A stretch of 62,431 nucleotides of DNA from Psammoneis japonica (lineage: Eukaryota), in assembly GCA_008632985.1 (NCBI GenBank), contig QPGO01000148.1:124001-186431 (forward strand). The letters run 5' to 3'. Position numbers and translations under genes: made by a program. The notes under the pieces were generated by a model. That model was not told the DNA's origin. It saw nothing but the letters and a program-made list of their open reading frames with translations, and did no database searches. Shown in pieces: positions 48,561 through 61,269 of the stretch (within the stretch, counting starts at the first letter, position 1; each line of letters starts with the position of its first letter).

Positions 48561-49123
48561 ATGATGTCATCTTCGAAAAAAACGACCTTCCTCCTGCCTT
48601 GTCGCTTTGTGACACGACGTGCGACGAAACAAGCAACCTTCCGACAATGGCGCCGTTGCCCAAATCGTTTACATGAGGCTTCAGCCTACATTCAGAAAAA
48701 TGTACAAAGAGGATTACATGTTGCATGGAGATGTTCTGACAGATGCTTGCCTCGGTAGTTTTGTGCTTGCGGGTTGATGTTGTGCGTCTTTCTATTCCAC
48801 GCACTTCGCGATTGTGCGACGTCTGGACGGCGTCAAAAATACGAAAAAGCATCGATTTGTGCGTTTTCTACAGAATTTCTCTCTTTTTCGGCAGATGAGC
48901 ATCTGTGCTGGCGTGGTGGAATCGAAGGAGTCAAAGATCGCAATGACACTTTTGGCTTTTGGCAAGATTCATTTTTGCGTATTCCCGATTTTGTGGACAT
49001 AGTAGCACAGAGTGTTGTGTGTTGCAGAGGAGGCATACCATTCGCATTGCAAAAAAGCATACCTGTGCGTTGCAAAGAGTCTGTTGTACAGAGTATCAAT
49101 CGGAAATAAGAAGGGGATTCATC

Positions 49124-49794
49124 ATGATGGTATCGCATCTGCTTGTCGCGTTGGCAGGGCTCTGGCATCTGTCTGGCTTTACCATGGCGCAGGTCGAGGT
49201 TGTTGCCGAGCCCATGACGCCCAGTGCGATTGGTTGATTCAGAAGGGCGCAGAGATTGGCTTTGAACAAACGAGCGAAATCTCGGAAGAGATTGACGTTG
49301 ACGGAGCCTTTGGCGACAAGGTGGGGCAAGGACGAACCAGTTTGGATGCATGGTGTGCGGATGGATGTGAAGATGAGCCTATCGGGGAGCAAGTCATGAA
49401 GCGAATGCTCAATACGACGGGCATGAAGATCGAAAACACGGAATTTATGGAGATTTTAATGTACAATGAGGGTGGGCACTATGAAGAGCACCACGATGTC
49501 ATTTCGACACAAGGACCAGAACGATGTGGAAATCGAATATTGACTCTTTACGTATTTCTGAGTGATGTCGACGAAGGTGGCGATCTTCGTTTCACTGAGA
49601 TTGAAAAGCGCGTCTCGCCGAAGAAGGGAAGAGCCGTCTTGTGGCAAAATGTGTTGGACAACGACTTTGAGAAAGTGCATGGCTTGACATTCCATGAAGC
49701 CATGGCAGTCACACGGGGAAAAAAGTATGGATTAAACCTTTGGTTCCATCCACGCGACATGAGAGATGCGATTGAAAACGAATGCTGCTACTAG
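49124..49794 (+). CDS. Secreted prolyl 4-hydroxylase (2OG-Fe(II)), frameshift at ~49222
   Basis: Signal-like MMVSHLLVALAGLW. YNEGGHYEEHHD, RILTLYVFLSDVDEGG, PKKGRAVLW, HEAMAV..GKKY..NLW. Confidence 0.85.
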
Positions 49795-50036
49795 TTCTTC
49801 GCAGTGCTTGACACCCCATCCGCAAGCTTCATGTGTCTGAGGACATTTTGTGAAGAATTTCTTCAAGAATAGGAGGACAGCAAAACGAAGCATTGCTAAA
49901 GCTAAGAACGATGACAACAATTGGACCAGTAAATAGAAAATGAAGAGGCATTAACCATGTATAAAAGGCGGGCTACAGTACCTGATTGGTTATTCTAGCT
50001 TGATTTTTAAGTCCAGTACGTATGGGCACTCCTCGT

Positions 50037-50432
50037 CTAGAACGCTGCATTCCAAAGGTCATTGACAAGAAGCGCAAGTCCACCATAGCGGATTATCGCC
50101 AAGGCGATCGTTGGCCATGTAGGGTATCCAAACGCCGTGCGACTCCACACATATCCAATCTGACCCACAACCGCAAGGGTGGCTCCTTTTGAGGCTTGGT
50201 CGTCTTGAAGGGAAAGAAAGAGGAGAATCGCCGTCAAGAGTCCTGCGTATTCGGATTCGTTGTTGACCGCCTTTTGAAACTGCTGAATGTTATAGTTGGA
50301 ACTGATGCGACTCTTGCGTTTCGGATCCCATTCCAAAAACTGATAGGTGCGTAGTGTGAAACTGAGCAAGACCCGTGTCATGGTGGCATGGGCGGCAATG
50401 AGAGTTGCTCCTTGGAGGGCTGTGAACGACAT
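50037..50432 (-). CDS. Small MAPEG-like membrane protein
   Basis: 131 aa, ~4 hydrophobic helices, NESEYAGL motif. Confidence 0.6.
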   Translation of the reverse strand: MSFTALQGATLIAAHATMTRVLLSFTLRTYQFLEWDPKRKSRISSNYNIQQFQKAVNNESEYAGLLTAILLFLSLQDDQASKGATLAVVGQIGYVWSRTAFGYPTWPTIALAIIRYGGLALLVNDLWNAAF

Positions 50433-50970
50433 TTTTGTTTAGTGAAGTAGGTCTTGATAGAAAAGTTTAGAATAGTGAAAGATTTTTTGTGAGAAGAACA
50501 AGCATTCCTTTTTGATTCGACCGTTGTCCATAGTGTCGTTCGAAGAAGCTTGGTCCTTCGCTGTCAGAGCAAATTTAGTGCCGACAAGAACAGGGTCGAA
50601 GGTTGGCGCGGGAAGTCATTACATCCGGGTTTCCATTCCGTTCCGTTGTTCATGTTCATTACCGCTCATGTATACATGTATTGGAATTTTGAAATTGTTG
50701 AAACTCCCTCCGACGTCTGCTTGCCTGCCCAAACAGTCGTCAAGCGTCAGCAGGCGTCAGGGGGGTTGGAAATGGAAATAAATTGCGATGTACAGGAAGT
50801 GCAAAGCCGAGGATACCGAGAATTGGGAGCTGTTCTAAAAAGCGAACACATACGGGTATGATGTCTTTTTCCCATGGTAAGTCTCGCGTTGGATATTGAT
50901 CATTGTCGGGAAAAAGGTTGCGACAGCGAGTAAGAGAAAGGAAAGCGTTTAAGAGCGACAAACAAGAATC

Positions 50971-52867
50971 ATGTCAAACGAAGCGACGCCTCTTGTGACT
51001 GACCCCGACACGGGTCGTCCTGCATTGCATTACTACAACACCTACCAAACCTCAACGAGCTCAAGAGGGCAGCGTCGAAGACGGGGGTCTTCGCGTCTTG
51101 GAGAATCCATCCGTAATCTGGTCAATCAGTCGCTTACTTTCTCGGGAAGAAGCTGCAGCGTGCGTGACTTTGGAGGTACGGCGACAGTTGGTGAACAGGT
51201 TTTCAACCTTGTCAAGAATCTAGTAGGATCCGGAGTGCTAGCTCTCCCCAGCGGCGTGTAAGTGTAAAGACTATGATATTGTAGGCGACTTGAATCGTTG
51301 CTCTGACTTGTGTTTTGCGATACACTCTTTCGGACAGGGCGGCATTTGCCGACGCACCATCAGCAATCATTCCGGCGTCAGTTCACATCATCTTGATGGG
51401 AGCAATTTTTGCATATTTCTTTCTCATCTTGGTATGTTGTTTTTCCATGCATCTTTTGAGTCTTTTCGGTGCATTCCTAACACGGCGCTTTTTGCTTAGG
51501 GGAAAACGTGCCGAATAACTTACACAGCCACTTACCGTGAAGCATGGGAAGAGACAATGGGTGAAACAGGGGCAACGATTGTTGCTACAGTCAACATGCT
51601 CAAGCCAGCCTTGGGTAATCTAGCATATGTAAGCTACTTCAAAATGGTTCTAGGTGTTCGAAAGCGGCGGCTACTCTTCACTCAACCCTATGGCTTGCCT
51701 TTTATCACACAGAGCATGATTCTCGCAGATACCTTCAAATCGCTTTTCCATACAATTGGGCTTGTCCATGTGACTCGAGCCGAGTCACTGTTTTTCGTCA
51801 CGGTTGTGGCGCTTTTGCCTCTTTGTCTACTAAAGAATCTCAAGGTGCTATCCGCCATTCAGTCTCGCAGGAATGGTAAGCATGTTTTTGACAGCAGCTG
51901 CCATGGGAGTTCGTTACTTTGACGGCAGTTATGATACTACAACAAATGGAAAGTTCGTACAGGTACAGTAAGAAGAGACTGCAATCGGTGCCTGCACAGT
52001 CATCTTTGAAACTCCTTTACAATTCGGTATCTGCTGTAAATTACATTCAAACTTCAGGGCCTTCGTGATGAAATGAAACCGAGGTTTGGTGATACCGGTG
52101 CGAGCGGCGCCTTGAGTGCACGCGTCCTTGTGTTTTTGTGCATGGTATTCGAGGCATTTGTAGCTCATTATAATGCCCCAAGGTTTTATACCGAGTAAGT
52201 CACACAGTACGAAACAAACGTCTACGCATGTACACGAAGGCCTGTCTCATCGCATGTCCACCAACGCCTTTCCAATCCTTCTGTATCTCCCGGTTTGTTG
52301 TTTTAGGCTAAAGAATGCCACCATTAGACGGTTTGGTTCGGTTGTGAGTTACGCCTTTGGCCTATCCTCGCTCAATTTCATCCTGATTACTGCATTTGGA
52401 TTTTTGACGTTTGGGTCGCACTGCGACGGATACATTCTCAACAACCTCTCCACGCACGACCACCTTGCCACCTTTTGCCGAGTAGCCGTTGCGTTTTCAC
52501 TGATATTCACGTACCCATTGACCTTTATGGGATTCCGCGACGGCATTCTCGATGTGTTGGACGTACCCATGGCAAAGCAAACGTCGACAAATATCAACAT
52601 TATCTCTGTCTTTCTTCTTTCAATCTTGACGGTGTTGGCCATGCTTTTCACAGACTTGGGGATTGTCAATGCCGTTGGAGGGGGTACACTTGTCCCGTTT
52701 GTTGTGTTTGTTTTCCCGCCTATATGTATCGGGCAGCCATCTATGGCCGTGATTCGCCACCGACAAGGTCGGAACTTGTCGAGCTAAACCTCGTGTTCGT
52801 GCTTATGATTGGTGGGTTCATATTGGGTGCAATTGGAGTTTGGTTGGCAATCTCGGGAGAAATGTAA
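50971..52867 (+). CDS. Amino-acid transporter (Aa_trans/SLC38-like), multi-exon
   Basis: FNLVKNLVGSGVLALPSG, LPLCLLKNL, AHYNAP, GFLTFG...GYILNN, TYPLTF.G.RDG. GT-AG introns. Apparent small indels. Confidence 0.88.
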
Positions 52868-53473
52868 TTGGTTGCTTCTGTTTTGTATGCAAGGGAACTC
52901 AAACATGAAGATGATAATTTTGTGGTTGGCTTTTTGGGGTCTTACAAGGACCTGATGATTGTAGAAGAATCCGGATTCTTCTCCAAATGCAAAACATCAG
53001 CTGACCGCGGAACAAAATAAACTAGGCAAGCTACTGGAACTATAAGTAAAAGAGAAGAAAGGCAGCTTGTCTTCAGTATCTACGGAAATGTGCGCCGGCC
53101 TGCATTGTCTTACGTATTCCAATATCGTTGATTGTGTCAGAACTGTGTAGATAGATCACATATGATAGTCCAAATCCACGAAAGCTTCAAGCTATAAAGT
53201 GAAACCACAGTAGTGTCTCGATGGAGTCGCACCAGACTCTAAGCTGTCAAATGACGGTTTTGACCGTAGCTTAATTTTTGTTATATATACTCGTAAATGC
53301 AAAACAGGGTAAGCATTTCAGCCTACCGGTGCATACCTAATCTGTGAATATAAATACTTCAATGATTGTCACCCGTTTGGGTGAAATCATACACTACACG
53401 TGCTGGTCACGAATGCAAAACAGAACAGCGTCACCAGTCCGACAACCTCCAAGTATCAACTCTTTGAGGTTTA

Positions 53474-54897
53474 TCAATTGTCCAAAATCCGGAGGTACGG
53501 GTCTAGCCACCGCGTGTACATGTTGCCCAGCCAATGGCCGGGAAGAGTCGATAGGCCAGCCAGGGCACGCCCATTGTCAAAGAGGGAACGGCGCTCTGCC
53601 TCAGCCCAGTCGTCGGCACCACGGAACCAAAGGTCTGGCTGCGTCCAGTGACTGCCCCAGTAAAAGATGGCACGACAACGCGTACGTCGCAGGAGCTCGT
53701 CGCGGAGGTTTGACAAGAACTCGGATTGACCCATTTCAGTCATGGGAAAGGGGAACTTTTCCGTGCAGTTCAAGTGGTACTTGTCATCGTTAAAGTAGTC
53801 CTTGTCATCCTCCGGGCAGTACCCTTCGTGGTAGTACGCCGTTTCAACGAGCCACACATCTTGTCTTGGGAAGCGTTTGCTAAGTGAATTGACATTGTCA
53901 ATTAAATGTTTTACAGTGCCATGCCACATGGGGTACCACGAGAGCCCGATAACATCACAGCTTCCCCCGAGCTTGAAGAACGTTTTCATCCACTTGGCGG
54001 TGAAAGCAGCATCGCCACCTGTATCTAGATGAATAACGATCCGTGGCTTGCGGCTGACATGCTGCACGGCCTGCGTGCCGGCTTTGAGCAGCCGAACAAG
54101 ATTCTTCCACTCAACAGGAGGGTCTGCGCTGTTCCAGCGACAACATGCCCGGCGATATCTCATTTCCAATCTGTACCGCATCTGGCAGCGCCTTCTCTTG
54201 GTCCAGAACGTCCAGAACGCGGCGGGTGTACTGGTACACCTTTGGAACGAGGTCGTCCATGGAGATGGTTTCGTTACCGTGGTAGGCCGTCCTCCATCGA
54301 TCGGGAGACCACTGATTCTTCCCATCGACCCACCAGTGAGAGTAGTGAAAGTCCAGTAAGAACTTGAGACTTGAGGCCGTATATCTTCTTCGCGTCACGT
54401 GCCATCCGCAACACATAACTCAAATCTTGGAAGAGTCCGTATTCTCCATTGGGGTCCACCATGATGCGCAATCGCACCCACTCATATCCGTTCGTTTGGA
54501 TGATTTTTAAAGGGTGGACCGGCTCTCCGGCTCCGTCGGTGAAGTTCCCACCGGCATCGAGAATCCCGTACGCTTCTGAAGGGTCCAATCCGAATTCCAT
54601 GGTTGGCGAAGCCAGCACCATCACGCACACGAAAACCACCACCACGACAAGGACGCCATAAGCGGCCCAGGACGCGACTTTTTGCCAGAAAACTGGCGGT
54701 ACTTCACGATGACGACCGAGAAATCCCCTGCGCTCCTCCCTTTCTCGATCTGGCACCACCTCCTCTTCCATTCTGTTTTCCTCCTCCTCCTCCACTGCAT
54801 CCTGACCAATCATGCGAGGGTGGGGGCGACGGATAAGTGCAAACACCATTGTGTAAAGTAGGCTAGGAGAATTTGTACTGGAATCTTCTGGCTCCAT
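53474..54897 (-). CDS. GH53 endo-beta-1,4-galactanase with N-terminal membrane anchor, frameshifted
   Basis: WVRLRIMVDP, LDFHYSHWW.D..NQ, VQIGNEI, IVIHLD, DVIGLSWYP.WHG, LVETAY. A 7-nt duplication at ~54370 and a second frame break at ~54150. Confidence 0.88.
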
Positions 54898-55744
54898 TGT
54901 GATGCCCGCCAGATGCCTGAGAAGATTGAAAATCCACACGTGAGTATGCGTATCCTTGTTGGGTTTGGATATGGGGAAGGGGGGTGCCCCATTTTTCTGG
55001 ATTGACCTTCCTGAAGCCCACTTATGATAGATTCCAGTACTTCAGCTCCGAAAGGGCATGAGTTAGTTTTTCTACGAACTTTTTGTACAAGATTTACGTA
55101 GAATTCTCGTAATGCCCCCCTCTAGGTACATATCCAAAGCCTGAAGAATCTTCATGAGGGAAACGCGAGCAATGTCCTCTACACAGTAGGGCCCTAGCTA
55201 GTAGCCGTCGTCTCTGTAGTCTCCCCCTTTACGTACTATGGCCCTATGATAGACCTAAAGAATCCGGTTCTGCTCCCAAAGCACCACATGTGAAACACTA
55301 GCGTCGGAGGAACACCAACATATTATATTTTTAAAAGTCAAGAATCAAAGGAGAATCACGTCAACTAAGACAGAAATATTATTGTATGTAGATCGAAAGT
55401 CCAAGTGCACCAATGCGAGAAAGCTTTTGACTATGAAATGAAATTGAACCACAGGTGTCTCGGTCGAATAGCACCAGGCTTCAAGCAGTCAAGTCACGGT
55501 TTCTGACCGGTGTCGAGGTTGGCGAGTCTAGAGCGGCGATAGGAGAATTCTCGTTTTCATTCGGTCTTGATGGAAACGATTGGACCAGCCAGACGAGGTC
55601 AAACGCGGACGGTGAAAGTAGCTTTCTTTTGATCTTGTTTCCACTTGTTTTACCCCTCTAGTCCGAAATGGTGCTTCAAGAGAACAGTGCTCTTTGGCTA
55701 CCGCTACTATGCGTGCTTCACGCCCACAAAACATCTGTTAGCGG

Positions 55745-56871
55745 CTACCAAAACGAAATCCAAGAGGCATAAACGAGCCATAAAAATGCGGGGTACCGTA
55801 CGCCATCCCATCTAGATGCAGCACTTGGTATGACCGGAAAAGTCGAGGGAAAGGTGGGGGTAGATGGTGCATCACTTGGACGAAGCGCAACAGACCGCGC
55901 TGCCGAAAGAGACACGTTGGTGGTTGGACTCGCCGTTGGCAAGAGAATAGTCGGGGCACTGGACGAGGCGGTGATGTTATGTGTCACATTGCTAATTGCA
56001 GTCCCCGCACACACTTGCTTCAATGGCTGTACGCAGTCACCAGTCCCATAATTTCCAAAAGGTGAATTACGCAGCGATGCTTCAAACAAGAGCTGGCCTT
56101 GGCAACCGCCGGTATTCCAAACACCCAAGACATCCCTATAGATTGTTCCAATGTTGTTGTTGTGCGTTTGACCGATGCATAGCTTATCAGGAGATTCGTA
56201 CAAGGGGGCACATCCTGAATTGTTGACAATCGCAGGATTCAGAATATCGTCAGGCGAGTCGGACCAGAACCATTCCACGCCGCAGTCGCCTTCCCAAAAG
56301 ATGCCATGACGTTTCATGGCAAGACCCGTGGCGCTACCGTTTGTAGAAGATACCGCTCGGGAAAAGGCAACTCGAGTCCGACCTTCAGCACCTCGATTGG
56401 GCGTTCGAAAGGCAAATTCGACAACAACTCGCTGGTTCAAGGGCGGGCAATCCACCAGGAGAGGTTCATAGACCTTGACCAGTCCCTCGAATTCTTCCAA
56501 ACAAATCGTCATGGTGACTCTGTGGTAGCGAGAAAAGTCTGTGTTCCTTCGAAAACTAGTGTACGGCAATCTCGCATAGTATCACAGCATCAGCAGTTAG
56601 ATCGCAACCGGGCACCGCGGCCTTCTACGATAGGATCCTTTTCCAGAATGAAATGACATGGCCATTGCTTGACGAGGAAAGTGGTGAAATTGCCAAGCTC
56701 ACAAATCAGGGATGTCATCGCAGCCAAGTATCGGAAGCACGTTCCAACGACGGACCAGTCAGCGACAATGCAACACGTCCTCTTCTTGAATAGTACTGTT
56801 GAGTAATCTCGAGCAGTGGTTGCCATCGAAGGCAATAACAGAAGACATTCACGGCAAGGAGTGATTCGCAT
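55745..56871 (-). CDS. Hypothetical secreted/surface protein with Pro/Ser/Thr-rich stalk and hydrophobic C-terminus
   Basis: ORF 55745-56569 with APT/SPT/PSDAPS repeats and terminal hydrophobic tail. The N-terminus is probably in a shifted frame upstream. Confidence 0.5.
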
Positions 56872-57491
56872 CTAATGCGTTTGCGTATCGACCCCCGCAA
56901 AAGCTTATGGTAGATATTCTTGTCCACAGCTAAGTCGGCAGGATCCAACTCATTTCGGGCAATAAAAGGTCGGCGACAGTGACGGACACATTTCGAATGC
57001 ACAGCCATGACAGGTAGTGACCACAATTGCTCTAGACGGCCCAGGATTGCAGTCTTACACCGATAGCATTGAGACATTGAACTCTTGGTTGATAAAATGG
57101 ATGAACAAAGCTGCTTTTCTCATTAGTTTGACAACCTGTTACCGCCTCATTTTTGTTTGCACAGAAGCAGCCCGCAAAGAACAAAACGACGAAACGAGAT
57201 GACTGAGTCAGCTTCAACAAACTCATTGTTAGGGACTTATTCGCATCAGGTAAGCTGTGGTTGCATCCAAATATTGAAAGATGTGCCTATATGGTCGATG
57301 GGCGAGAGGAGTTGGAGTGTGAGAGAGGTCTTGGAGAGGTCGATGGTCGGAAGTCGAAATCGCAAAAAATCAACCCAAAAACGAAAAATTAAAAATCGTG
57401 CCATGGACGGACGTATCTGCGCGGTTGCGCGAATCGAATCTTTCATGTCATCGCGAACGACGAACGACGCAAAATGCACCGTCCGTCCACC

Positions 57492-58100
57492 ATGGCAACG
57501 GAGACGACAACCACCACAACTCACGGACCGGATCCCGCCGTGATGGAAGCGATTGAGCGCGGTAATGCCGTTGTATTTCTCGATGTGGTTCTTGGGGAGG
57601 GGAAAGATTCTACAGCGGAGTTGGGTCGCATCAAACTAGAGCTCTTTGTCAAAGAGTGCCCCAAGACTTGCGAAAATTTCCGACAATTCTGCACCGGCGA
57701 ATACCTACAGAACTCTCAGCCTACCGGTTATTTGAATTCAACCTTTCACCGTGTAATCAAAGACTTCATGTTACAAGGCGGCGACTTTATCAACCACGAC
57801 GGCACAGGAAAGACAAGCATATACAATGGTGGATCATCGTTTGAAGACGAGAATTTCATTCACCATCATGATCAACCCGGTACCCTTTCCATGGCGAACA
57901 GCGGGCCAAATACAAATGGCTGCCAATTTTTTATCACAACAGCTAAAACCAGTTGGCTTGATGGCAAGCATGTTGTGTTTGGAAGGGTGTTAGACGGACC
58001 GAGCATGTTGACCGTACGCAAATGTGAAGCAGTTCCTGTATCGGGGCAAAACAATAGGCCACGAATACCTATTCGGATTGTGCAATGTGGGGAACTCTAG
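57492..58100 (+). CDS. PPIH: Cyclophilin-type peptidyl-prolyl isomerase, cyclophilin H-like
   Basis: [58 protein letters not shown]. Confidence 0.9.
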   Translation: MATETTTTTTHGPDPAVMEAIERGNAVVFLDVVLGEGKDSTAELGRIKLELFVKECPKTCENFRQFCTGEYLQNSQPTGYLNSTFHRVIKDFMLQGGDFINHDGTGKTSIYNGGSSFEDENFIHHHDQPGTLSMANSGPNTNGCQFFITTAKTSWLDGKHVVFGRVLDGPSMLTVRKCEAVPVSGQNNRPRIPIRIVQCGEL

Positions 58101-58221
58101 ATGCCACCGAGAGAGCGGAACAAACGCATTACTATAATTCAGTTGCCCGGTGACTATGCGGGCCATCTTACAAAGTATGTTTTAACGATTAGTATGGTAG
58201 ATCGCGAGGGCGTGTTATTGT

Positions 58222-58440
58222 TTATGTATGGGCCAGTATAAACATGACAACGAGGAATATGGAATAAGTGACAAAGAAAATGATGGCGGCTGCGTAGTCC
58301 ACTGTCCTCAACTTTTTCAGCTTTCTTTTCTTCTTCGAATCAGCCTCATCAAGTCCCTGAGGAAGAAGCTTATGGCTCCACCATGTCAGGCTCGTCAGTC
58401 GCTTTTTTCGTCCACTACGTTTTCGCTCCATGGGGTGAGT
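58222..58440 (-). pseudogene. Possible last TM (M4-like) fragment of a ligand-gated ion channel
   Basis: LRTVDYAAAIIFFVTYSIFLVVMF; no upstream domains seen. Confidence 0.3.
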
Positions 58441-58567
58441 GGTTGACTCCTCTAATTGCGCATCATCATCGTTCACTTCTGTGTCAAACGTAACAGTGCG
58501 TTCGCGGCCTCCCGTTTCTACTAGGAAGGATCCTCCCGAATAATCAACCAAGAGGAAGGCTGCAGTA

Positions 58568-59221
58568 TTGGTGGCGCCTGCCGGTGGGAAATCAACCAAG
58601 AGGAAGGCTGCGGTATCGGTAGCATCTGCCGGTAGGAAGGATCCTCCAAAGAAAAAGAAGGTGGCCGATACGTCTAGAAAGGAATACCGGTACCCAAAAT
58701 CGATCGCGACGATGGTTACTGTTCCTACTAGTAGGAAGGATCCGCCAGAATCAGTCTTGACGAAGCCTACCGGTGCATCTTCCGTTGATACTGTCAAACC
58801 TACAAAGAGCGAGAAACCCGAGGAAGAGGTTATTACATGGGCTCCCAGTGAGAGCAAAGCATCACGCTTGGCGAATCCTACCGGTACCAGTACTGCTTCA
58901 GTTGATACCGTCGAACCTGCAGAGAGCGACGCCGAGGAAGAGGCCGTTGAAATGGCAAGCCCTCCTACGACTGATAACAATGCATTAGGTCCTCGAAGTC
59001 GTGGGAAACCAATATTTTACGGTCAGTGGATTGATGAGGAGGCAGCCGCTGACTCCAATGAGTTGGCAGACACATACTCGGACGACGCTTCGGATGACGC
59101 TTCGTTGCACACCGTGCATTCAGATGACCACGACCTGGAAGCAGACTCAGACTCAGACGACCATGACCTGGAAGCAGACTCAGATGATGAAGACTCTGAA
59201 TTTGAAGACTTTGCCTGGTAG
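58568..59221 (+). CDS. Low-complexity hypothetical ORF with RKDPP and acidic DHDLEADSD repeats
   Basis: Internal nucleotide repeats (aggaagg.., gacc..gacctggaagcagactcaga twice). Confidence 0.35.
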   Translation: MVAPAGGKSTKRKAAVSVASAGRKDPPKKKKVADTSRKEYRYPKSIATMVTVPTSRKDPPESVLTKPTGASSVDTVKPTKSEKPEEEVITWAPSESKASRLANPTGTSTASVDTVEPAESDAEEEAVEMASPPTTDNNALGPRSRGKPIFYGQWIDEEAAADSNELADTYSDDASDDASLHTVHSDDHDLEADSDSDDHDLEADSDDEDSEFEDFAW

Positions 59222-59584
59222 AGGTAGATGATGATGTCGACCGGGAGAAACAGAGTGGTGCGGCAAGTACTTGGCGTACGGTGGACTTTTGCTTTCGCTG
59301 TTGTTTGTACCGATGTACGAGATACCAAGAATAAGTTTACTGTAGGTTGTGTAAACTCATGATTTAGGAACAGTGCAGTACGTCGTGCTGCAGGCAGAAC
59401 GAGAGAAAAGAGACGAGGAATAATTGATACAATATATGCTGAATATACAGTAGGTACTTTGAGATGATCTCATGGACTGAGATGTTTCATAGACTCACCG
59501 GAGAAGTAAATGAGAAGAAGACTGCCTCAATACTGAAGGAGTTGGTTACCAAGACCATTCACGCTCGAATCGACGATAGGTGAG

Positions 59585-60313
59585 ATGTTTGTTGGTTGGG
59601 TCCTTTCGGCTATGGACAAAGTTCATCATGAGCTTGTCAAGAAGGCGGGGGGTGCATCAACACGCAAGAGGAAGTCTACTGGCATTGATGTGTCGGTAGA
59701 TGATGCGAATTCCGAAGTCAATCGAATCTTTGGCTGGGCAATTAAAGACGTACTGCAAAAGACGATTCATCTGAACAATGACGAACTCTCGGAGGAAGTT
59801 AGCGACAAGACCCAAGCCAAAATCGATTTCCTGAAACGGATGAGAATTTTGCACCACGAGGCACTCAAAGATGAGAACTACATGGCTAACTGCTACGCTA
59901 CTTCTGACAAGATTCGAAACAGAGGCGGACTTACCTTGGTGGCACCGATAGTATTCCACTTCGGGAAGAGGTTGTTGGGTTGTATCCGATTGGGGTGCAA
60001 CGGAGGAACTATGAGAAGCAAGGGAAAAGAATGTGTCAAGGAAGCATATGAGAGTATAATGGGGAACAAGGATTTGGAGAAAGCTTTTCTCAAGTGCTTC
60101 GAGAGTGACAACTCAATTACGACGGACGACAAGCTCAAAGTATACAAGCAGCTTATTTCGAAGACAGCTCACGCAAGATTCGGGGCTGTTACAGACAAGT
60201 ACAAAGAGGACAACACAGGGCATTATGCAAAAGGCTCGTCAGACGTTGCATTCCGACAGAATCTCAGAGCTCAAGTCAAAAAGTCAAGCGTCGAGGTCAC
60301 AAGTAACTTATAA
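59585..60313 (+). CDS. Hypothetical protein, possibly transposon-associated (NRGGL motif)
   Basis: Intact 242-aa ORF with protein-like composition. Confidence 0.5.
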   Translation: MFVGWVLSAMDKVHHELVKKAGGASTRKRKSTGIDVSVDDANSEVNRIFGWAIKDVLQKTIHLNNDELSEEVSDKTQAKIDFLKRMRILHHEALKDENYMANCYATSDKIRNRGGLTLVAPIVFHFGKRLLGCIRLGCNGGTMRSKGKECVKEAYESIMGNKDLEKAFLKCFESDNSITTDDKLKVYKQLISKTAHARFGAVTDKYKEDNTGHYAKGSSDVAFRQNLRAQVKKSSVEVTSNL

Positions 60314-60482
60314 ACACGTTCTGTTTGATCACTCTCAGTTGGTTTCTCTAAAGCGCTCTCTGCTCCAGATTGCCCTATCCATTTGATGGGGTTTGGGTTA
60401 CTTACAGTAAAGACTTCCACTTGAAAAGGCACTCAAGCCTATAAGAAAGTATGCCGATCATGTGCATGGATACCGTACATGA

Positions 60483-60808
60483 TGTACCGTGTTCCGTGCT
60501 GGTGTCTTGAGGTACTGTATTTCTTGAGGCACTGTCTCAACTCATCCAGCGCACACCGCAACCTTACTGGCAGTACAGAGAGGACAGTCATGCACCACTT
60601 GACAAGAAATGAGACGAACTTGAGGTATAATGTACTGTGTTCCGTGATGGTGTCTTGAGGTACTGTATTTCTTGAGGCACTGTCTCAACTCATCCAGCGC
60701 ACACCGCAACCTTACTGCAGTACAGAGAGGACAGTCATGCACCACTTGACAAGAAATGAGACGAACTTGAGGTATAATGTACCGTGTTCCGTGATGGTGT
60801 CTTGAGGT
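60483..60808. repeat. ~148-bp tandem repeat running into an assembly gap
   Basis: Units start at 60483, 60631 and 60778 and are near-identical. Confidence 0.92.
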
Positions 60809-61269
60809 NNNNNNNNNNNNNNNNNNNNNNNNNNNNNNNNNNNNNNNNNNNNNNNNNNNNNNNNNNNNNNNNNNNNNNNNNNNNNNNNNNNNNNNNNNNN
60901 NNNNNNNNNNNNNNNNNNNNNNNNNNNNNNNNNNNNNNNNNNNNNNNNNNNNNNNNNNNNNNNNNNNNNNNNNNNNNNNNNNNNNNNNNNNNNNNNNNNN
61001 NNNNNNNNNNNNNNNNNNNNNNNNNNNNNNNNNNNNNNNNNNNNNNNNNNNNNNNNNNNNNNNNNNNNNNNNNNNNNNNNNNNNNNNNNNNNNNNNNNNN
61101 NNNNNNNNNNNNNNNNNNNNNNNNNNNNNNNNNNNNNNNNNNNNNNNNNNNNNNNNNNNNNNNNNNNNNNNNNNNNNNNNNNNNNNNNNNNNNNNNNNNN
61201 NNNNNNNNNNNNNNNNNNNNNNNNNNNNNNNNNNNNNNNNNNNNNNNNNNNNNNNNNNNNNNNNNNNNN
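60809..61269. other. Assembly gap (N run)
   Basis: 461 N. Confidence 1.

Noticed and set aside
59585..60313. Transposase assignment from the NRGGL motif
   Set aside because: No DDE core or terminal repeats visible; left as hypothetical.
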